A stretch of DNA of 64,000 bases, from NCBI GenBank assembly GCA_902496445.1, contig CABVAZ010000002.1, forward strand, positions 4,925 through 68,924. Direction: 5' to 3'. Shown piece by piece: positions 9,681 through 17,220 of this stretch. A program made the translations under genes and the position numbers. Every line of letters starts with the position of its first letter. Within the stretch, counting starts at the first letter, position 1. The notes beneath the pieces are model-generated. The model did not search any database and was not told the DNA's origin. It saw only the letters and a program-made list of their open reading frames with translations. This DNA is from an uncultured Prevotella sp. (GTDB lineage: Bacteria > Bacteroidota > Bacteroidia > Bacteroidales > Bacteroidaceae).

Positions 9681-12676
9681 TGGGCATCTACTGGTATAAG
9701 GTATATGCAGTAAACGGCGATATGACAAGCGAGGAAGTGAACACACAGTATCAGAAGGTGGCTTTCGGAGGAGCACTGCCAACACCGTGGTATTGCAATT
9801 TCGAGTCGTCAGACTCGTTGATGCTCTTCACAAAAATCAACAGTAACGATGATTATAGCTCGTGGTATTGGACCAGCGACTACGACTATAACACAGGTCT
9901 GAACAATGGCAGAGCTGCCATATCCACAAACAGTGCTGCCGACGACTGGCTCCTCACACCCCCGCTGAAGCTTTTGGGCGGACGCGAATACTGCGTCAGC
10001 TACTCTTACGAAAGCGGTACCTGGGACAAGGACAACATCATGCAGGTTCTCTTCGGAAAAGGCACTGACGCGACGGGCTTCAAGGCTATCAGCGACACTC
10101 TAAAATTCTCGGGAGTGGGCATGCCCTGGAACCACAGCAAAAACACCGTCCGGATAGAGTCTGACGGCGAATATAGGTTTGCCTTTCACGCTATGAGCCC
10201 TGACCAAGCCCAATACATCAAGATCGACAGCCTGGGCGTATACCCCGGTGCCGTATTCCTCTCACCCGACTCCGTAACCCAATTGCAGATGAAGCCCCGT
10301 CTCGGCGAGTATAACACACAACTGACGTTCAAAGCGCCCACAAAGCTTGGCGACGGATCACTCCTCCCATCAATAGAAAAGATAGAAATACTGGCGCAAG
10401 ACACCATCCTGCTCAAGACTCTCAGCAATGTAACCCCTGGCGAGCAACTGACTTACACCGACACATCAGCCTACAGCGGATTACGCAAGTACACCGTAGT
10501 GGCTTATAATGAGGCCGGACGTGGCTCAGAAAACAGCGTGAGCGGATATGTGGGTGACGATGTGCCTGCTACAACAGAAGGTGTAACCTATCAAGACAAC
10601 CTCAACGGAACAGCCACCATCTCATGGAACAAGGTCAGTACCACAGGCGCTAACGGAAGACCCGTCAACCCCGCACATGTCACTTACGGCATCATGCCCA
10701 TGGGCTACGGCAACCATCAGGGCGGTGCAGCACCTACTATTACGGGCATTAAAGATACCTGCTATGTAATAGACGACATACCCACTACGGGCGAACAACG
10801 CTTGGCCGACTTCCTGGTTTACACCACAAACCTTGCCGGAACAGGCAATCCGGGATTCGACTTCAACACTCTTATCACTGGCGCTCCTTACACGCTGCCG
10901 CTGCACGAGGGATTCAATCAGGGCCAAAGCGTATATAAGTGGGAGTATTATCGATATGACAATGTGAGCAATTTCTCGGCTGATGACGACGAACCCGGAG
11001 CTGTCGCCATGACAGGCATGGGGGCAGACAACATGAAGGGCACACTCACCTCCTACAAGATAAACCTGGCAGGCGCTGCCAATCCCAAACTCGTATTCAG
11101 CATCTACGGACAGAAACCCACGAACAACAATCCCTCTTACATCAATGTCATCGAACGAATGGATGGTAGAGCCAATCCACCTTATATTCTTCAGAAGATA
11201 GACCTCTCTGCAGCCTTCTCTCCAGAAGGTGAGTGGAAGCGAATAGCCATACCTCTCGTAAAGCATGACAATGGATACGTGCGCTTGCAATTCTATACCA
11301 TGCTCGGCGACAAAACCGTACCAGTTGCCATCGACAACATAGATGTATACGATGTGCCGTCACATGACCTGCAGATAAAACTGAAAGGCTCTGCCTCTGT
11401 TAAGGTAAACAACAACGGCACCTATCACGTCAGGGTGACCAACAGAGGCGAAAACACCGAAAGTAACTTTACCATACGTTTGGTCGACTCGAAAGACAGC
11501 CTGCTTGCCTCATGTAATGGTGGTACGCTCGCATCCATGGCAGACAGCACCTACACCCTGCTGTTTCATGCCACCACCAACACCGTGGGACAATACATGC
11601 TACAGGCGGTTGTGACAGATGCCAATGACACCATTGCCCGTAACAATCGCGACACCATGATGGTGGCTGTCAGCCCGAGCGACTATCCCGGTATAACAGA
11701 CTTGCGCGCCTCCACTAACGGCTCCCGTTACGTCACACTGTCGTGGAGCGAGCCACAAGGCGCTTATCCCAACATCACAGAAGACTTTGAGGCCTACGAG
11801 CCATTCAGCGACAGTATGTCACCCTGGCAGCTCATTGATGCCGATGGAGCTCAGAAAACCTACGGATTTGCAGATGTCACCTTCAGCCACATGGGACAGG
11901 CCATGAGCTACATCACCTTCAAACCCTCAGCTTTGGGAGTAGACCCTCAGGCCAATCCCAATGCTGCTGCGCCGTCGGGAGAGCAATACGTCATCTCATT
12001 CGATGCCGTACCGCAATATGCCAAGAACGGCCACTCCGACGACTGGCTCATCTCACCCCAACTGTCAGGAAGAGAGCAGACCATCAAGCTGAAAGCCGGA
12101 CTGCTGACAAGCAATTATGGCGCAGAGACCTTCGACGTGCTCTATTCAACAACCGACTCGGCACAAAGCAGCTTCCAGCTCCTTGAGACAGAGCGGCCAT
12201 CCGCTGCTGGGTGGACTGAATATGAGGTTACATTGCCTGAAGATGCCCGCTTCTTCGCCTTGCGCCACACCACACCCAACGGCTTGTCACTCGCCTTTGA
12301 CGACGTCTCTTTCGAAGGCGCTTCACAACCCGTCACGGGCTACAGAATCTATCGTGACGGAGAACTTATCGCCTCGCTCCCCGCAGCTGTGACCAACTTC
12401 GACGACTATGCCTCAGAAGACGGCCTGCACACCTATATGGCAACAGCCATGTATGGCGACAAAGAGTCTGCAGCATCCAATGCCATAACCATTGCTACAG
12501 AAATAGGATATTTATCTGCAATCACAGACAATCTGATGGATGTTGATGTCACGGTATACAATACAGCCGGTGTAAGGATGGCTTCTGGTAAGGGTGTTTT
12601 AGCTAAGATGCCTAGAGGTATTTACCTTGTTAGTCCCAATGGAACATCTAAGTGCTACCGTATGATAGTGAGATAG
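9623..12676 (+). CDS. T9SS cargo adhesin C, paralogous and collinear with adhesin B. It has no signal peptide and is probably 5'-truncated.
   Basis: Family motifs are DDWLLTPP, DDWLISPQLSG, FDVLYSTT, FFALRHTT and GYRIYRDGELI. The C-terminus ...GVLAKMPRGIYLVSPNGTSKCYRMIVR is T9SS-CTD-like. Homology to adhesin B begins at YWYKVYAVNGD (about 9689). The first in-frame ATGs, at 9623 and 9680, give non-secretory N-termini. The frame is open back to a TTG at 9452 but runs antisense to the adhesin B module. Confidence 0.6.
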   Translation: MYVGYLGRSLCVQLPANAPMGIYWYKVYAVNGDMTSEEVNTQYQKVAFGGALPTPWYCNFESSDSLMLFTKINSNDDYSSWYWTSDYDYNTGLNNGRAAISTNSAADDWLLTPPLKLLGGREYCVSYSYESGTWDKDNIMQVLFGKGTDATGFKAISDTLKFSGVGMPWNHSKNTVRIESDGEYRFAFHAMSPDQAQYIKIDSLGVYPGAVFLSPDSVTQLQMKPRLGEYNTQLTFKAPTKLGDGSLLPSIEKIEILAQDTILLKTLSNVTPGEQLTYTDTSAYSGLRKYTVVAYNEAGRGSENSVSGYVGDDVPATTEGVTYQDNLNGTATISWNKVSTTGANGRPVNPAHVTYGIMPMGYGNHQGGAAPTITGIKDTCYVIDDIPTTGEQRLADFLVYTTNLAGTGNPGFDFNTLITGAPYTLPLHEGFNQGQSVYKWEYYRYDNVSNFSADDDEPGAVAMTGMGADNMKGTLTSYKINLAGAANPKLVFSIYGQKPTNNNPSYINVIERMDGRANPPYILQKIDLSAAFSPEGEWKRIAIPLVKHDNGYVRLQFYTMLGDKTVPVAIDNIDVYDVPSHDLQIKLKGSASVKVNNNGTYHVRVTNRGENTESNFTIRLVDSKDSLLASCNGGTLASMADSTYTLLFHATTNTVGQYMLQAVVTDANDTIARNNRDTMMVAVSPSDYPGITDLRASTNGSRYVTLSWSEPQGAYPNITEDFEAYEPFSDSMSPWQLIDADGAQKTYGFADVTFSHMGQAMSYITFKPSALGVDPQANPNAAAPSGEQYVISFDAVPQYAKNGHSDDWLISPQLSGREQTIKLKAGLLTSNYGAETFDVLYSTTDSAQSSFQLLETERPSAAGWTEYEVTLPEDARFFALRHTTPNGLSLAFDDVSFEGASQPVTGYRIYRDGELIASLPAAVTNFDDYASEDGLHTYMATAMYGDKESAASNAITIATEIGYLSAITDNLMDVDVTVYNTAGVRMASGKGVLAKMPRGIYLVSPNGTSKCYRMIVR

Positions 12677-12794
12677 TCATCGGTTGATTGTTCTATTCAG
12701 CATGCCCGCTTTCTTTTGCAGAGAAGTGGACATGTTCTTGTTAGATATAGAGCAGTGCTTGTGAAGGCGTGTGCTAAGCTACGCTCGAACGCAC

Positions 12795-12838
12795 AAAAAA
12801 AAGAGAGGGCTGGAGTCCTCACTTGGATTTCAGCCCTC
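12795..12838 (-). terminator. Rho-independent terminator read on the minus strand, downstream of the sigma/anti-sigma pair
   Basis: The minus strand reads gagggctgaaatccaagtgaggactccagccctc followed by tcttttttttg, an 8-bp GC-rich stem followed by a T8 run. Confidence 0.5.
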
Positions 12839-12940
12839 GATCTACGTTTGTATGTTATGAAAAATTTGAGAGAATTGAAACTTCACAGTTTCATTTTTGT
12901 TTTACTAAACATGATTTATTGAGAAAGCATAGAAATTATC

Positions 12941-13411
12941 TTATTTCATGAATCCGTCGGGGGTGATGCTCTGCTTCATGGTGTCGAGCTTGGCGGAGTC
13001 TATCTTGGCCACAGAGGGTCCGTCGTGCGGCTTCTCCATGCTGGCCGAGGAGGGTGCGGGTGCGGCGTTCTCGTCGCTCACAGCCATTTGCATGGCGTTC
13101 CCGATGGTAAGTATGATGGCTACGACAGCCGCTGCCTTGAAGAGCGGCATGAGGCGCCTGCGCATGGTGATAACTCGGGCTTTGACTGGCCGTGCGTCTT
13201 CCGTGAGTGCCAGAATCCTCTCGTCGAAGTCATCGCCCAGGGCATTTTCTTGCTTTTGGGCGTGAGCATAGCTGAACAGGGGCTGGAAAGGGCGCAACTC
13301 TTCGGGGATGTTGTCCTGTGAGAAGAAGGTCTTCAGGATGTCCTCTTCCTCAAGGGTTGTCTCGCACTTCCAGTAGCGCTCGAGTATTTGCTGTATATAC
13401 TTATAATCCAT
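12941..13411 (-). CDS. Putative anti-sigma factor, a small single-pass membrane protein
   Basis: 156 aa with one TM segment (LMPLFKAAAVVAIILTIGNAM). It overlaps the upstream ECF sigma gene by 11 nt. Confidence 0.5.
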   Translation of the reverse strand: MDYKYIQQILERYWKCETTLEEEDILKTFFSQDNIPEELRPFQPLFSYAHAQKQENALGDDFDERILALTEDARPVKARVITMRRRLMPLFKAAAVVAIILTIGNAMQMAVSDENAAPAPSSASMEKPHDGPSVAKIDSAKLDTMKQSITPDGFMK

Positions 13412-13913
13412 AGTTGTCTATTTTTCTAAACTTTTGCTTGATGGTTTGGCGGGCTCTGAAGATATTCACCTTCACTTGTTCCTCGGTTATGCCGAGTATC
13501 TCCGCTACTTCCTTATAGCTTTTTCCCTCAAAGTCGCGGAGCTGCATGCAGCTCCGTTGTTTTTCGGGGAGTGTGTTCACAAGCTTTCTGACGGTTTCTA
13601 CTCTGTCTTTTCGCATCATCAGCTTGTAGGGATCGCTCGTCGCAGACGGCTCGGGTGTGTTCTTGGATTCCAGTGACTCGTGGTCGTTGCCTTTTTTCTT
13701 CAGGCGGTCCAGAGCCATGTTGCGACATATGGTGAGGCAGAAGGCCTCTATGGAGTCTATCTCTGGCCAATAGTCGCGCTTGCTCCACACTTTGATGAGC
13801 GTGTCCTGAACGATGTCTTCAGCTTCGGTCTGATTGAGTGTGATGCGCAGGGCAAGCCTGTATAGCTGGTTCTTCAGCGGCAACACATCGTTACGAAAAC
13901 TGATTTTCTTCAT
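13401..13913 (-). CDS. RNA polymerase sigma-70 factor, ECF subfamily
   Basis: Region 2 reads DIVQDTLIKVWSKRDYW. Region 4 reads LPEKQRSCMQLRDFEGKSYKEVAEILGITEEQVKVNIFRARQTIKQKF. Confidence 0.85.
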   Translation of the reverse strand: MKKISFRNDVLPLKNQLYRLALRITLNQTEAEDIVQDTLIKVWSKRDYWPEIDSIEAFCLTICRNMALDRLKKKGNDHESLESKNTPEPSATSDPYKLMMRKDRVETVRKLVNTLPEKQRSCMQLRDFEGKSYKEVAEILGITEEQVKVNIFRARQTIKQKFRKIDNYGL

Positions 13914-14018
13914 CTGACTTCTGCTTAAAAGACGATTGGGTTATGGTGAAAGTTACAGCAATACGGGTGAAAGTTATTGTTTTTAATATCTGTTAACAAT
14001 ACTTGGTTCCCTGCCCTG

Positions 14019-14780
14019 TTATTGTATAATGGTGCCTTCTTGGCCGTCTATGGCGGTGGCTTGTGTGATGAAGACCCGCCTGACGCCTCTCTCTACGGCC
14101 AAGAGGGCGTTTTCTACCTTGGGTATCATCCCGCCCGAGAGCGTGCCGGAGGCTTTCAGGGCCTCGAAGCGGGCGCGGTTGAGATGGGGTATGACGCTGC
14201 CGTCGTCGCCCATCACGCCTTTCTTCTCGAAGCAATAGATGAGCGTGGTGTCGTAGAGTCCAGCCATGGCGCAGGCTGTCTCTCCGGCAATGGTGTCGGC
14301 GTTGGTGTTGAGCAGCCGCCCCTCGGCGTCGAAGGTGAGGGGTGCCAGGACGGGTGTGAGCCCTTGCTCCAGGAATGCCTGCAGTTGTGGGCCGTTTACC
14401 TCTTTGACGTCGCCTACGTAGCCATAGTCTGTGCCGTTTGTTATGGGGCGCTTCTCGGAGCGTATCACGGTGGCGTCGGCTCCTGTGAGGCCGAGTGCCC
14501 GGATGCCTTTGGCGTCGAGACGCGCCACGATGTTCTTGTTGACCAGACCTGCGTAGACCATTGTCACCACGTCGAGCATCTGCCTGCCGGTGACTCGCCT
14601 GCCCTCTACCATGCGGCTTTCAATGCCCAAGGCGGCGGCTACCTTGGTGGCTCTGCGGCCTCCGCCGTGCACAAGTATCTTATGCCCGGGCAGGGTGGCA
14701 AAGCGTCCGAGCAGGTTGTCTAGCCGGCTGTCGTCTTCGACGATGGCCCCGCCCACTTTGATGATGGTGAGTTTTTCCAT
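14019..14780 (-). CDS. argB: Acetylglutamate kinase
   Basis: IIKVGGA...LVHGGG...TNADT motifs are present. 253 aa of the amino-acid kinase family. Confidence 0.9.
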   Translation of the reverse strand: MEKLTIIKVGGAIVEDDSRLDNLLGRFATLPGHKILVHGGGRRATKVAAALGIESRMVEGRRVTGRQMLDVVTMVYAGLVNKNIVARLDAKGIRALGLTGADATVIRSEKRPITNGTDYGYVGDVKEVNGPQLQAFLEQGLTPVLAPLTFDAEGRLLNTNADTIAGETACAMAGLYDTTLIYCFEKKGVMGDDGSVIPHLNRARFEALKASGTLSGGMIPKVENALLAVERGVRRVFITQATAIDGQEGTIIQ

Positions 14781-14786
14781 TTCTGT

Positions 14787-16688
14787 TTATTCCAGATAAG
14801 TGTATCCATAGAGCCCGGAGCGGTAGTTGCTGAGAAATTCCTTGCCCTCGTCGAGGGTTATCTTGCCGCTCTTGACGCTCTTTGTCACCCATATCTCGAG
14901 CTGGCGCACGAGCTTTTTGGGGTTATACTGCACATAGTCGAGCACCTCTTCTACGGTTTCGCCGTCGAATATCTGGTCGATGTGATACTGTCCGTTCTTC
15001 ACTGATATGTGCACGGCATTGGTGTCGCCGAAGAGGTTGTGCATGTCGCCGAGTATTTCCTGGTAGGCTCCTACGAGGAACACGCCCAGGTAGTAAGGCT
15101 CGCCCTTCTTGAGAGTGTGCACGGGCAGCACATGCTCTATATGTCCGTTGCACACGAAGTTGGCTATCTTGCCGTCGCTGTCGCACGTTATGTCTTGCAG
15201 CGTGGCGTTGCGTGTGGGGCGCTCGGCAAGCCGCTGTATGGGCATGATGGGGAAGAGCTGGTCTATGGCCCAGCTGTCGGGCAGTGACTGGAAGATGGAG
15301 AAGTTGCAGAAATACTTGTCGGCCAGCAACTTGTCAAGCCCGCGCAGCTCATCGGGCACGTGCTTCATGCCTTGCGCCAGGGTGTTTATCTCGTGGCACA
15401 CGCTCCAGTACATGCTCTCTATCTCGGCCCTTGTCTTGAGGTCTACCATGCCGTGTGAGAAGAGCTCCAGGGCCTCGTCGCGTATCTGCTCGGCATCGTG
15501 CCAGTCTTCGAGCATTGTTCTGGGGTTGAGGTTGTCCCATATATCATACAGGTCTTTCACCAGCTGGTGGTCAGACTCCTTGGCCTCAAACTCTTCGGGC
15601 ATCTCGGGCAGGGATGCTGTCTCGAGCACGTCTATGATCAGCACGGAGTGGTGGGCTGCGAGGCTGCGGCCGCTCTCTGTGATGATGTTGGGGTGGGCGA
15701 TGTTGTTTTTGTTGGCGGCGTCTACAAAGGTGTAGACGCAGTCGTTCACATACTCTTGTATGGAGTAGTTCACGCTGCTCTCGCTGCTGGAGCTGCGTGT
15801 GCCGTCATAGTCTACGCCGAGCCCGCCTCCGCAGTCAACGAAGTCTACGTTATATCCCATCTTGTGCAGGTTAACGTAGAACTGGGCTGCCTCTTTCAAG
15901 GCTGTCTGTATGCGTCGTATCTTGGTTATCTGGCTTCCGATGTGGAAGTGTATGAGTCTGAGGCAGTCGTCGAGCCCTCTTTCGTGAAGTATGTGCAGCG
16001 CGTCGAGCAGCTCGGAGCTGGTGAGCCCGAACTTGCTGGCATCGCCTCCGCTCTCTTCCCACTTGCCCGAGCCGGATGAGGCGAGCTTGATTCTGATGCC
16101 CAGGTTGGGCTTGATGTTCATTTTCTTGGCCACGCGTGCGATGATGTCGAGCTCGTTGAGCTTCTCCACCACGATGAAGATGCGCTTTCCCATCTTCTGT
16201 GCCAGCAGTGCCAGCTCTATGTAGCTTTGGTCTTTATACCCATTGCAGACAATGAGCGAGTCGCTCTGGCACTGCACGGCGATGACGGCGTGCAGCTCGG
16301 GCTTTGATCCGGCCTCAAGTCCGAGGTTGAACTTGCGTCCGTGTGAGATGATTTCTTCCACGACGGGCTGCATTTGGTTTACCTTGATGGGGTAGATAAT
16401 GAAATTTTGGGCCTTGTAGTCGTATTCCTTGGCGGCTTTCTGAAAGCAGCTGGCTGTTTTCTCGATGCGGTTGTCCAGAATGTCGGGAAAACGCAGCAGC
16501 ACGGGGGGTGTGACGTCTCTGAGCGCCAGCTCGTCCATCACGTCGCGCAGGTCTATCTGCGTATTGTCCTTGCACGGGGTGACATACACGTCTCCTTTAT
16601 CGTTGATGCCAAAGTAGGATGTGCCCCATCCGTTGATGTTGTACAGCTCTTTGGAGTCTTCTATTGTCCATTTTTTCATTGTTGTCAA
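14787..16688 (-). CDS. speA: Biosynthetic arginine decarboxylase
   Basis: 633 aa PLP-dependent decarboxylase of fold III with a characteristic SpeA N-terminus (MKKWTIEDSKELYNINGWG...YPIKVNQ). Confidence 0.9.
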   Translation of the reverse strand: MTTMKKWTIEDSKELYNINGWGTSYFGINDKGDVYVTPCKDNTQIDLRDVMDELALRDVTPPVLLRFPDILDNRIEKTASCFQKAAKEYDYKAQNFIIYPIKVNQMQPVVEEIISHGRKFNLGLEAGSKPELHAVIAVQCQSDSLIVCNGYKDQSYIELALLAQKMGKRIFIVVEKLNELDIIARVAKKMNIKPNLGIRIKLASSGSGKWEESGGDASKFGLTSSELLDALHILHERGLDDCLRLIHFHIGSQITKIRRIQTALKEAAQFYVNLHKMGYNVDFVDCGGGLGVDYDGTRSSSSESSVNYSIQEYVNDCVYTFVDAANKNNIAHPNIITESGRSLAAHHSVLIIDVLETASLPEMPEEFEAKESDHQLVKDLYDIWDNLNPRTMLEDWHDAEQIRDEALELFSHGMVDLKTRAEIESMYWSVCHEINTLAQGMKHVPDELRGLDKLLADKYFCNFSIFQSLPDSWAIDQLFPIMPIQRLAERPTRNATLQDITCDSDGKIANFVCNGHIEHVLPVHTLKKGEPYYLGVFLVGAYQEILGDMHNLFGDTNAVHISVKNGQYHIDQIFDGETVEEVLDYVQYNPKKLVRQLEIWVTKSVKSGKITLDEGKEFLSNYRSGLYGYTYLE

Positions 16689-16689
16689 G

Positions 16690-17220
16690 CTATATGTTGA
16701 GCAGTTTCTTGATTGTTTCGACTGTGATTTTTATCTTTTCACGGTTGTCCAGCAGGCTCACGTCGATGGTGTGGTGGGCCTGGCTGTAGTATTTCTCGCG
16801 TTGGGCGAGCTGCTGCTTGATGAAGGCTCTCACCTGGTCGGGTGTCTTGTTGAGCAACAGTGGCCTTACCACCTTGCCCATCTTGAGATGGCTGTAGAGC
16901 ACTTCGGGTTGGGCCTTGAGGTATATGGTCTGGCCTTGCCGGTTCAGGTAGCTCATGTTGTCGAAGAAGCAGGGCGTTCCGCCTCCGCAGCTCAGGATGA
17001 CGTTCTCAAACTCTGCCACCTCGTGCAGCATGTTGCGCTCTGTTTTCCGGAAGCCCTCTTCGCCCTCTTGGTCGAATATTTGCTTCACGCTGCGGCGCAT
17101 CCGGCTCTCTATATACCAGTCGAGGTCGTAGAAGGGCATGCCCAGGTCTTTGGAGAGCGCCCTGCCCACGGTGGTCTTGCCGGCGCCCATGTAGCCGATG
17201 AAGATGATTCTGTTTGTCAT
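16690..17220 (-). CDS. aroK: Shikimate kinase
   Basis: The P-loop GYMGAGKTTVGR is present, at 176 aa. The start overlaps the topA stop. Confidence 0.85.
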   Translation of the reverse strand: MTNRIIFIGYMGAGKTTVGRALSKDLGMPFYDLDWYIESRMRRSVKQIFDQEGEEGFRKTERNMLHEVAEFENVILSCGGGTPCFFDNMSYLNRQGQTIYLKAQPEVLYSHLKMGKVVRPLLLNKTPDQVRAFIKQQLAQREKYYSQAHHTIDVSLLDNREKIKITVETIKKLLNI

